A stretch of 64,000 bases of DNA, from positions 2,144,001 to 2,208,000 of the forward strand of contig OZ242214.1 in assembly GCA_965206595.1 (NCBI GenBank), read 5' to 3'. The DNA is from Candidatus Latescibacterota bacterium. Lineage in GTDB: Bacteria; Latescibacterota; UBA2968; UBA8231. The notes beneath the pieces are model-generated. The model made no database searches. It had not been told where the DNA came from and saw nothing but the letters and a program-made list of their open reading frames with translations. The position numbers and the translations under genes were made by a program. Shown one piece after another: positions 19,683 through 29,456 of this stretch (its first letter is position 1; every line of letters starts with the position of its first letter).

Positions 19683-19900
19683 GCCGTGTCTCCTTCGTCG
19701 ATGGCGGCAATCCTTCCTAAGACGGGGATTGCGCGGGAACGTTCCCCGATGCACGGCCGCCAGGGAAACCCCGAGCCACCTCCCGCATCGGGGTGGGCTT
19801 CTCCCCCCTCGACAGCTTACATAATCGTTTCCTATCGTCCCGGAACAATACAGGAATATCGCGCTGCCCGACTCCGGGCAGCCAACCCGCGAGCGCACCC

Positions 19901-21145
19901 ATGACTGCTGAAAACCGGATAGAACGGATGGAAGCGCGGATCCGGGAGGCAGGCGAGCTGGCTGCCGCCTTCGCCCGCGATCCGCACCGGCCGGCCTGGC
20001 ACTTCACACCTCCGGCCGCCTGGATGAACGACATCAACGGCGCCCTCTACTGGAAGGGGCGCTACCACATCTTCTACCAGCTCAACCCGGAGGGGGCCTA
20101 CTGGAACCGCATCCAGTGGGGGCACGCCTCGAGCGCCGACCTCGTGCACTGGGTCCACCATCCGGTAGCGCTGACGCCGGAAGCGGAGGGACCGGACCGC
20201 ATCGGCTGCTTCAGCGGCGGCGCCCTGGTCGACAAGGAAGGAGTTCCGACGCTGATCTACTACGGCAATCCCGGCGGCGTCTGCCTCGCCCGCAGCAGCG
20301 ACGACCTGCTGCTCGAGTGGACGAAAGACCCGGGCAATCCCGTGATCCCCCAGCCGGAAGAAGGGAGCGCGGACTTCGGCCGCTACACCATCCACGACCC
20401 CTGCGGCTGGTTGGAGGGCGGCCTCTACTACGCCGCGGTCAACAGGCGTGACCCTCAAGGCCAGGGGGACGGGGCCTACCTGTTCAGATCGCCGGACCTG
20501 CGGAACTGGGAGTACGCCGGCCTGTTCTACCAGTCGCGCCGGGAGTGGACGGAGGGAGGCGAGGACTACGCCGTGCCCGACTTCTTCCCGCTCGGCGGCC
20601 GGCACATGCTGCTCTTCTGCAGCCACCTGCAGGGAACCCAGTACTACATCGGCGAAGTCCGGGAGGAACGGTTTTACCCCGACGTTCACGGGCGCATGAG
20701 CTGGGAAGGGGGCCATCTCGGCGGCCCAAGGACCCTGCTGGACGCAAAAAGCCGGCGCGTCTTCTTCGACTGGATCCGCGAGCTGCGCGGCGTCGAGCGC
20801 GAGCGCGCCTCCGGATGGTCGGGGGTCATGACCGCGCCGCGCCTGTTGTCGCTGGATTCGGACGGTCACCTGCAGATCGAACCTGTGCCGGAGCTTGAGG
20901 TATTGCGGCTAGATCAGGTCCGGCACGAATCCATTGACGTGCCCGCCGATTCCGAGGTGGCGGTGGTGGGGGTCAGCGGCGACTGCCTGGAGCTGGCGGT
21001 CGAGATAGATCCCCTCAAAGCGAAGGAGGTGGGACTGAAGGTGCGGCGCTCCCCGGGAGGCGAGGAGGAGACCGCGGATGTGATACCCTTTGGCGTGAGG
21101 CCATTTGTCCCGGGCGAAAGCACTCCTGCACCGGCGCAGACCTGA
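19901..21145 (+). CDS. Glycoside hydrolase family 32, C-terminally truncated (probable pseudogene)
   Basis: WMNDING, QWGHASSADLVHW, FSGGA, HDP and WSGVMTAPR. Similarity ends at SPGGEEET (~21072), so most of the beta-sandwich is missing. Confidence 0.8.
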   Translation: MTAENRIERMEARIREAGELAAAFARDPHRPAWHFTPPAAWMNDINGALYWKGRYHIFYQLNPEGAYWNRIQWGHASSADLVHWVHHPVALTPEAEGPDRIGCFSGGALVDKEGVPTLIYYGNPGGVCLARSSDDLLLEWTKDPGNPVIPQPEEGSADFGRYTIHDPCGWLEGGLYYAAVNRRDPQGQGDGAYLFRSPDLRNWEYAGLFYQSRREWTEGGEDYAVPDFFPLGGRHMLLFCSHLQGTQYYIGEVREERFYPDVHGRMSWEGGHLGGPRTLLDAKSRRVFFDWIRELRGVERERASGWSGVMTAPRLLSLDSDGHLQIEPVPELEVLRLDQVRHESIDVPADSEVAVVGVSGDCLELAVEIDPLKAKEVGLKVRRSPGGEEETADVIPFGVRPFVPGESTPAPAQT

Positions 21146-21250
21146 CTTTCCTTGCCGTAGGCAGGGCCACCTGGTTCGGCGGAGACCCCGGCTCCAAGGG
21201 GCCCTCGGCCTGATCCCGCAGGACAACCAGATTACTTCAGGACAAACGGA

Positions 21251-22230
21251 TTACTTGAGATAGAGCAGCCGCTGCGTCTGCACCCCGCCGGGGTACTGCA
21301 GCCGCGACAGGTAGACCCCCGCCGCCACCGGGGCGCCTCCCTGGTCGCGGGCGTCCCAGGAGACCTGGTGCCTGCCGGGAGCAGGGACCTCGTCCACCAA
21401 GGTGCGCACCCGCTGCCCCAGGGTGTTGTAGATCTCCAGCCGCACCGGGCCCGAAGTGAGGATGAACCAGGAAAAGACAGTCCGGCCGTTGAACGGGTTG
21501 GGCGCGTTCTGCAGCTGCGGGCCGTCGGGCAGGCCGATCATCTCCCGGGCCAGCGCCAGCAGCTTGCCCCGCGCCGGCTGGCCGAAGTGGTCGGCCAGGA
21601 GGAAGAAGTCGCCGAAGTCGACGCTGCCGCTGCCGTCGAGGTCGAAGCGAGGGTCGCTGCCGCCGAAGGCGTCCGCAAACAGGAAGAAGTCGCCGAACCC
21701 GACGGCCCCGTCCCCGTCGAAATCCGCTTCCGATGGATCCAGATCGACAGGTTGACAGACTGGCAGGTCGTCTGCCCACTTGCTCAACGCCTCCGGTACG
21801 CAGGTGAACTGGTTGTCGTCGAGGTCGACCGATTCAAGTTGGGTGAGTTGGCCAAGGGCGGATGGAATTGGGCCTGTCAACTGGTTGCCGTAGAGGTATA
21901 AAAACCTCAGTTGGGTCAGTTGCCCCAGCTCCGGAGGAATAGGACCCGCCAGCTCATTTAAGCCAAGGTCAAGCTCTTTTAAGCTGAGTCAGTTGACTCA
22001 ACTCCGGGGGAATAGGACCTGTCAACCGGTTTAAGCTGAGGTATAAAAACCTCAGTTGGGTCAGTCGCCCCAGCTCCGGAGGAATGGGACCCGTCAGCTC
22101 ATTTTCGCTGAGATCGAGCTCTCTGAGCTGGGTCAGTTGACCCAACTCGGGAGGAATGGGACCCGTCAACGATTCTAACATAAGGACAACGCTTTCCAGC
22201 CCTGTCAGCCGGTTCAGAAGAGACAAGGAT
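21251..22230 (-). pseudogene. 3' part of the IS-interrupted gene: plant-type LRRs, EF-hand/dockerin-like pair, FlgD-like C-terminal domain
   Basis: LTGPIPPELGQLTQL repeats, DFDGDGAVGFGDFFLFADAFG and NAPNPFN...WDARDQ. An extra base in the T4 run at 21977-21980 shifts the frame. Confidence 0.88.
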
Positions 22231-24229
22231 GACTCCCTCGTAACAACCCCGTTTTCAAGACAGAGGTTTTTTTCTTGAAACTTTAGTTTCACCAACATGA
22301 AAAAGAATCGGGAATGCGCCGCTATGTAAGCAGCTTCAGCGCCATATCGTCCGATGGCCTCGAATCGGGCTTATAAAGCCTTTTGCGGCGCCGAAAGGAA
22401 CTTCCGTTCCCTTTTTCAGCCCATCGCCGGAGCTATGGCTTCAGGTTTGGGCGTAAGCGCCCGCAGCATTCTCTTGAAATTGCAAGCCAGGGCTTTGAGG
22501 TAAACGGCCAGCTCCACGCGCCAACGCCCGCGCACGCGCAGGGCGCCCAGCCCGTGTCTTCGTTTCAGTTCCGAGACCGTGGCCTCGATGCCGGCGCGAA
22601 TGCGATAGCGCTCCCGGAAGGCGCCGCTGGCCATGGCGCGGCGGCGACGTTCGAGGTTGACGGCTTTCAGGTCCACGGTCACGGCGTAGCCGTCCCCGTC
22701 CTGGTTCGGCCGCACCGGGCAGAGGGGAAACAGGGCGCAGGTCTGGCAGCTTCGGCGCTCGAAGGTCAGCACCACGTGGTGCTTCTTCTTCTCATACGAC
22801 GTTTGCTCGCGGGCCAGGTGTCCGGCCGGGCAGATGGCCGGATCCCGGAGACGGGCCTCGACGAGGAAGTCGGCCTCGGTCACCGTATCGGGCCGCTCCT
22901 CGACGTCGACCTGGGGGCCTTTGACCGGGCTGACCAACTCGGTGCCGAGGCGTTCGGCGTGGATGGCATGGTCGCCGGAGCCGAAGGCGGTGTCGGCGAC
23001 CAGCTCGTCGGGTCGCTGCCCGCGCTCTTCGAGGGCCTCCAGCACCGGCATCGTCGCGTGCTCGTCACTGGCGCAGGCATCGGTCACCGCTACGTGGGTG
23101 ATCATGTTCACGGTGTCGGTCTGGTCGTCGTCGGTCTGGTCGTCGTCAGTCTCGACGCAGGTCTCGGCGATCTGCACCTCATACCCCTTTGCCCTTGCGG
23201 CCGTGGTAGGTGGCCTCGGCATCATAGGGGCTTTGCAGCGAGTCGCTGCCGACGTGCTCCGGCGCCTTCAGCGCCACCGGCACGCCGCCTTCGCCGGCGT
23301 CGTCGTCCTCGGTCGAGGGGCGCTGCTTGTCCGCGACCACGTCGCACTGCTCCCACAGCAGGCGCTGCAGCAGCGCCCAGGACTCCAGGCCCTCGGCCGC
23401 CGTGCCCGCACACAGCTGATGGAGACGGTAGAGGTCGCGGGCGCACACCGGCAGCCGCCTCTTGCCCGTGCCGGAGGGCGCGTCCTGGTAGGATGTGGCG
23501 CTGCCGTCCTCCTTCAGGTAGCGCTCGCGCAGGCGCTTCGACACCCGCCCGTACAGGCGCGGATGCTCCGCCGCCAGGGTTTTCAGAAAGTGACGGAGGG
23601 TCTCACACAACAGCCCCAGACGCGACAACACCGCGATGTTGCTGAGCACGTGGGTGGAGTCCAGGCGTTGCCGGGTGACCTTCGTACCCAACGCTTGCAG
23701 AATGCCATCCGTAGTCGCCTCGAACGCCTGCCGGCCGCGGTCATGGGCCAGCAAGCGGGCGCGGAAGTTGTGCAGCGTCAGGACGTTGTTAGTCCTCGTC
23801 TTCTGTGCCAGGTGGGCCTCCTCCGGGGTCAGCTCCAGGGCGTGCTGCCACAACAGGCTGAACTCCAGCTGCTCCAGCGCCTCGGCGTCGGTCAGAGCGA
23901 ACATCTCCTTGAGCAGAAGCACGCCCAAGACCGTCGCCACCGGCTGGTTGGGACGACCGTTGTCGTCGCAATACAAGGGCGCGAACTGTTCTTCGTCGAT
24001 CAGCGGCAAGGCGTGCGCGCGAAAGGTCTCGGCCCAGCTCGCCTGCAGGCGCCGCTGCTTGGCCGCAGGCACCAGGTTGCGACTCTCGAACAGGGTGCGT
24101 TGCGAATCCTTCGTACGAAACATCAGCCCCATCCAGTAAAGAGGAAGTGTGTGACGGATTGGTATAACCCAATATACCAAGAATCCCTGATTATCGGGGC
24201 TGTGAGAGGGGGGTTTTTACGAGAGAATC
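22231..24229 (-). mobile_element. Insertion sequence, IS1182/IS5-like, 1999 bp
   Basis: Left end GACTCCCTCGTAACAACCCCGTTTTCA vs reverse complement of the right end GATTCTCTCGTAAAAACCCCCCTCTCA (21/27). Target duplication AAGGAT at 22225-22230 and 24230-24235. Confidence 0.92.
22416..24123 (-). CDS. DDE transposase (DUF772 + DDE_Tnp_1_6-like), frameshifted near 23184-23187
   Basis: DNGRPN, QRLDSTHV, SLQSPYDAEATY, KGK/GYEVQIAET, LVADTAFGS and YRIRAGIEATVSELKR. Confidence 0.88.
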
Positions 24230-26487
24230 AAGGATGGGCCTGAGAGGGAAGGAAATGGCCATCCTGATACCCACTCCCCAAACCTGATACCTCTCACCCG
24301 TGAGTCGCGGACCTCCACCCCGGGCCAATAATCAATGAGTGTGGCCGCGTTCCACCCCGGATTCCCGTGCCCTGGATCCCATGAGTCTCGTGAGGCCAGG
24401 ATGGCACGACAGTCTTCCAGCAGGTCGCGATTGATTCTCGGATACGGCACGGCAGTGCCGTTGGAGCAGGGATCCGGGTTGGGCTCCCCCAGACGCTCGA
24501 TAGCCACCACTTTCACCCCACCTCCCAGAGTAAGCTCCAGGATCTGGCGCTGACCGTCCTCGAGGAAAATATCTTCCCACGTGCCCACGAGGGCTCCCTT
24601 TTCATTGCGAGCCCGGGCCTGGTAGAGGCCGCTCACTCCAGCGGGGTCTCTGATGGAGATGTCCAGCGCAAGACGGCCGGCCTCATCAGTAACAGCTCTC
24701 CATGCATAATCTGCCTGGACTCTCGAACCTGTGGGAACGAACTCGATGGTCAAGCTCCCGACCTCGTCGCCTTCCACCGTAGCATGCACCGCCGTACGGC
24801 TTACCCGCGCCGTATGGGTGGACGTGGCCGGTAGTGGCACGTCCAAGGCAATTCCCCCAATGCGCACCAATCCGGTGACCACCTCTTCGACGTTGGCACC
24901 GTCAAGGTCGGATCGCCAAATTTTCCCATTCCCGGCCCCCTTGTTCACCCGGTACATCTTTCCTCCAACTATGTTCAGAGCGATCCTCGAGGTGCCAATG
25001 CCGACGGCAACGAATTTCCCCCCGGACCCGTCGAGATTTGCCCGGAAAATCCCGGCGCCATTATTGCGGACATACAGATACATCATTCCCGCAACAGGGT
25101 CCAAAGCGATGTCATCTGGATCGCGCAATCCGGCGAGGAGAATTTCAACATTGGAGCCGTCCAGGTTTGACCGCTGAACCATACCCGAGTCCGAAAAACG
25201 AGAAGAGGCGCCGCGGACCGTCCAGTACACCTTCCCCCCAGGGATATCCAATGCGATACCTTCCGGATTTTCTATCCCCGTGAGGAAACTTTCGACATCG
25301 GTCCCGTCCAGATTGGCACGTCGAATTGATCGCGTCCTCTTGTCCAACCAGTACAGCATGTCGGCTGAAGTATCTACGGCAATGCTTCCGGCCCCCCCCT
25401 CCATACCCAGAGAGATTGGTTCTTCATCATGGAAGCCGTATGATATTGTGTTCGATTCCCACCTTGAGAAATAAAACCCTTCATTTTCGCTGATAGGATC
25501 CAGGGCGAAATTAATCCGTCCCTCAATTTCCTTTACTACTCCGACGTAGTTGCCATCCAGGTCGGCCCCTTTAAGGATGGTTGTAAACGAGTCCCAATTC
25601 ATCTCCGTCCAGTATATCGCGCCCCAACTCTCTTTCAGGGCGAAAGCGATTATTGATCCTGATTCGCCGGTAACGAGGGTTTCTATATTGGAACCGTCCA
25701 AATTGGCCCGGCGAATGGTGTTTGTCTCCAAATCCGCCCAGTACATACTTCGATAGACCCGGAGGCTTGCATTCTGCACAGACCTATCCAAAAGGATGCC
25801 GCCCAGATGTCCAATTCCCGTGAGAAGGGTTTCTATGTTGGACCCGCCCGGATCGGCCCGGCGAATCGTGCCTGTACCCGCTTCGGTCCAGTACAGCTTG
25901 GAGGCAGGCTCTCCCTCATAGAAAAATTCCATGTCGGCACTGTGGGCGAACCTCTCAAACCCGTCCAGGACAATGCCAGAAACAAAGTCTTCAATCCCTG
26001 CGATAAGGGTTTCTACATTGGAACCGTTCAGGTCCGCGCGTCGAATAATACTCGTTTCCCTATCCCATTCCCCCCAGTACAACTTGCCTCCAAACGGGTC
26101 AAGTGCCAGGGCAGTTATATATCCTTCCATCGTTACCGTGAGGAGAGTTTCGACGTTGCCACCTCTCAGATCCGCCCGCCGGAAGGTACGCTTTCCGGAA
26201 CTCCAGTTGTGCTCCGTCCAGTATATTTTTTCTCCCCACGCATCGACGGCGAGGAGAAATATTGGATCCATCTGAAGGTCGGTCTGAATATCGGTGGTTA
26301 GAACGCTTTCTACGTTCCCACCATCCAGATCGGCCCGCTGAATCCAGCCCAGGTCCCTCTCCTCAGTCCAGTATATCCTTTCCCCTCCGTCCTGCTGACC
26401 CTGGCAGACTCCCCGACCGCCAAGGACCACCAATAGCGCCGCTGAAATCGCTATTGCGGATTTTTTGTGTGCGATTCGGTTCTTCAT
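24230..26487 (-). pseudogene. 5' part of the IS-interrupted secreted protein: signal peptide, YWTD/LDL-receptor-like propeller repeats, linker domain, LRR N-cap
   Basis: MKNRIAHKKSAIAISAALLVVLGG; repeated KIYWTE/KLYWGE/KVYWTV...IRRANLDGSNIE; PCSNGTAVP...DCRAIL. Joins in frame to 22224 when the IS and one duplicated target copy are removed. Confidence 0.88.
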
Positions 26488-26531
26488 CAGTGGCCCCCGT
26501 GGTTGCTGTAGACCGAATTGTAATTTGGCGG

Positions 26532-26906
26532 CTAACTCCGGTTCGATATCTGAAAGCGATGGCCTTCGGGGTCCCAACCATCGCACACCACCAAGTCGTC
26601 GAAGGTCTCGACCTCTTGCATCGGGGCCCCGCGGCGTACGAGCTCTTCCCGCATCGCCGCTACGTCTTCGGCGTAGAACACGAGCTTGTGTGGATTGCCC
26701 GGACCACCGGTCGGGGTGTCGATCGGACCCTCGGGTCCGTACGCCTTGTGGAACCCCAGGCGGCAGCCCCCCGCGTCGAGCTCGAGCCATACGTCGGGGG
26801 AATATTCGCTCTCGAGCGGCTCCAGATCGAAGAGGTCTCGGAAGAACCCGGCGCACTTCTCGACGTCGCCGACGAAGATGATGACTCGGTTCATCGGGGC
26901 CAGCAT
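26532..26906 (-). CDS. VOC/glyoxalase family protein
   Basis: IIFVGDVEKCAGFFRDLF...DGWDPEGHRFQI. Confidence 0.85.
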   Translation of the reverse strand: MLAPMNRVIIFVGDVEKCAGFFRDLFDLEPLESEYSPDVWLELDAGGCRLGFHKAYGPEGPIDTPTGGPGNPHKLVFYAEDVAAMREELVRRGAPMQEVETFDDLVVCDGWDPEGHRFQISNRS

Positions 26907-26980
26907 GATCGATTTCTCCTCACCTGACAGGTGGTTGGGCAGGGCATCCCCACATCCAATGTGCCGCGCCCGTGGAAATA

Positions 26981-27778
26981 CTACGCAACGTCCAAGACGG
27001 CCTGGATTTCAGGACGACCGTAGGTCGCTCCGCCGGTACGGACCAAGAGGTTCGGCAGGACCCTGCAGGTTCCCGACCCATGAGTATGACCGCACAGAAC
27101 CGTCAGCTTGCGGTCGGGGTTATCGCGCATCGAGGACTTCAGCACCTCGCCCACTACGCCACAGCAGAAGAAGGGCAGCCATTCCTCACCGGAGAGCCTG
27201 CCTTCGTGCCATGTGGCCTCGCGGAAGGGGGGAACGTGGGTAAGCAGGATCACCTCCTCGTGCGCGCAAAGAGCTTCCGGCAGTGTTCGACGAAGATGCT
27301 CCGCTGCCTCCTCTGCCAGGCCCTGAATCTTCTTTAGTCGGTCCGACTTTGTGCAGCCCGTAAGCTCTTCGATCAAGCGGAAGTCGTTGAGCTCGACGGA
27401 GCTCCCATAAAAGTCCCCGAGCCGTCCATCCGCCCACGAATCGTGACCGATGAGGGCAGTTCGGGGAGTCAACGAAACAGGGTGCTCCCTGTTCAGCCAG
27501 AACAGGTACGGAGAATCGCGGGTCAACGACTCGACCTCGCATCGGACGGAAGCGATCGAGCCGCCGTAGAAATCGTGATTGCCGAGCACGAAGTAAACGG
27601 GTCGCGCGAGCAGGCGCTCCATCTGTCTGAGGAAGGTGATCACGGAGTCCGCCTCTCCGATATCCCCGCCGAGCAGGACGATGTCGGGGGATGCCTCGGC
27701 GACCCTGCTCAGAAACCGCGTTCTCAGGTGCCGGTCGAGGAAGTTGAGATGGATGTCAGTGAGCCAGGCCGCTCGCAT
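26981..27778 (-). CDS. Calcineurin-like metallophosphoesterase
   Basis: TDIH, GGDIG, GNHD, THVPP and GHTH. Confidence 0.9.
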   Translation of the reverse strand: MRAAWLTDIHLNFLDRHLRTRFLSRVAEASPDIVLLGGDIGEADSVITFLRQMERLLARPVYFVLGNHDFYGGSIASVRCEVESLTRDSPYLFWLNREHPVSLTPRTALIGHDSWADGRLGDFYGSSVELNDFRLIEELTGCTKSDRLKKIQGLAEEAAEHLRRTLPEALCAHEEVILLTHVPPFREATWHEGRLSGEEWLPFFCCGVVGEVLKSSMRDNPDRKLTVLCGHTHGSGTCRVLPNLLVRTGGATYGRPEIQAVLDVA

Positions 27779-28115
27779 CTCGCTGCGCCAGTGCGGGGTC
27801 GCAATCGAACCAACAGGTCTCCGCTATCGTACGGGAATCGATCAGCAAAAGATTCCTTTCATGGGTGTATCCTCTGACCCTCTTGAGTTATCTGGAGGTA
27901 TGGTCACTCCCGAGGTAACGCTCTCTTTATTCCTCTTGGCGGCGGTGACGACGCCGCGAACTGCTGCCTTTACTTACGGCTATCCGGCAATGGAAATGCG
28001 ACAGGAGAATTTCCGATGAGACTGGCAGTGGCATTCTGGAACGGGATCGACCCGGCGCAAGTGGACCGCACTCTCGAGCGCCTCGAGGGGATCGGGGTCG
28101 GGGGGATCGGCCATA

Positions 28116-28217
28116 CGGGTCGACTGGGACGCCCGCGATCAGCGCGGCGCGACCGTGGCCGCAGGGGTGTTTCTGGCGCGCCTGCGCTATCCGGGGGGCG
28201 TGCAGACGCGGCGCCTC
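28116..28217 (+). pseudogene. Orphan FlgD-like C-terminal fragment
   Basis: RVDWDARDQRGATVAAGVFLARLRYPGGVQTRRL, close to the C-terminus encoded at 21251-21365. Confidence 0.75.
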
Positions 28218-28465
28218 GCGGCTCCCCCACTACCCGGTTCGGCTCGATGCGCCACAGCCATAGTGCCTACGTTGCTCAATTCACATCGGACCCTCACCGA
28301 AGGTTTTGTCGAGGCCCCGGGACAGACCCTGTCGCCACCAGCGCCGGCGGGGACCGGCCTCCCGGTTTCGTTGACGGAAGCAGGGGTGGCTCCGAGATTC
28401 CAGAAGCACGCGACGAAGAAAAAAACCGGCTACCCGGAATAGGCCACAGCGGCCTGGAGACCGTG

Positions 28466-29191
28466 ATGACCGTCATCCATACAACCGATGACCTGATTCG
28501 CCTGCTGGAAGAAAACGACGAGTTCCGCCAGGCCGTCCGCCGCCATGTACTGTCGGACGAGTTGGTTCAGCTCCCCGAACGGCTTGCCAGATTCGCCACG
28601 CGCATGGAGACCTTTGTCGACGAGCAGAAGCAGTTCAACAAGGAGCAGCGGCAGTTCAACAAGGAGCAGAACCAGTTCAACAAGGAGATGCGGGAGTTCA
28701 AAGAGGATCAGCTGCAGTTCAACGAGGAGCAGCGGCAGTCAAATCAACGAATGGAGACTGCCATAGGCGAGCTTCGCGGCAACGTGGCCCGGCAGGTGGT
28801 CGGCGCGCATTCCAAGGAAATCGCCGAGGGTATGGGCTTTCAGGTGAAGCGGCTCCTGGCGAGACCGGATCTCTTCCGACTGCTCGTCCGGAACGATCCC
28901 GGCGACCTGACGCGCGGCGAACGGCAAAGCTTCTTTCGCGCGGACCTGGTCCTGGAAGCCACGGATCCCGACGGGTCTCTCCATTACATCGCCATCGAGG
29001 CATCCTACACCGCCGACAAACGGGATACCGACCGCGCCCTGCGCAACGCCGAGCTGATGGAAACGTTCACCGGGCACCGGGCCCACGCCCTCATCGCCAG
29101 CGTGCGGAACGTCCGCGAAATTCAGGGACTGATCGACGCCGGCACGGTGTCCTGGTACGCCCTCGAGACCGACGACTTCACGCCGGAATAG
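28466..29191 (+). CDS. Heptad-repeat coiled-coil protein with a putative degenerate PD-(D/E)XK C-terminal domain
   Basis: GGAG RBS; DLIRLLEENDEFRQAVRR, about five EQxQFNK-like repeats, and ADLVLEA...YIAIEASYT. Confidence 0.75.
   Translation: MTVIHTTDDLIRLLEENDEFRQAVRRHVLSDELVQLPERLARFATRMETFVDEQKQFNKEQRQFNKEQNQFNKEMREFKEDQLQFNEEQRQSNQRMETAIGELRGNVARQVVGAHSKEIAEGMGFQVKRLLARPDLFRLLVRNDPGDLTRGERQSFFRADLVLEATDPDGSLHYIAIEASYTADKRDTDRALRNAELMETFTGHRAHALIASVRNVREIQGLIDAGTVSWYALETDDFTPE
28622..28740 (+). repeat. 21-bp coding tandem repeat, about 5.5 units
   Basis: GAGCAGnnnCAGTTCAACAAG units. Confidence 0.85.
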
Positions 29192-29456
29192 CGCCGTTAC
29201 CGAAGCTCGGGCATGGCGGGGTTGAACCGATCCGATCTTCCGGGTCCATCGAGGCGCGGGGGCTCCTGCCCTGACGGACAGGCCGCCCACACATTGCAGC
29301 TACCCCACTACCCGGTCCGCGTGATCGCCCGCCGGTCTTGAGGCGCGCCATTGCGCGGGCATTTCCCCGGCGCGGACCCGGTGTCCCTGCCGGCTCTTCA
29401 GCGACCGACCAGGGCACGCGCCTGGCGTCGGGAACCCCTCCTGCCACGGACCGCTC

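Noticed and set aside
21830-22170. 72-bp periodic repeats that could be mistaken for an array or a DGR template
   Set aside because: They are the 24-aa LRR coding units; there is no reverse transcriptase and no adenine-specific variation.
23114-23150. 15-bp coding repeat (TDDDQ twice) in the transposase
   Set aside because: Ordinary in-frame slippage in a probable loop.
23179-23195. Programmed frameshift in the transposase
   Set aside because: It needs a +1 shift rather than the -1 typical of IS elements. The same single-extra-base pattern occurs at 7151-7153, 21977-21980 and 31986-31994, so mutation or sequencing error is more likely.
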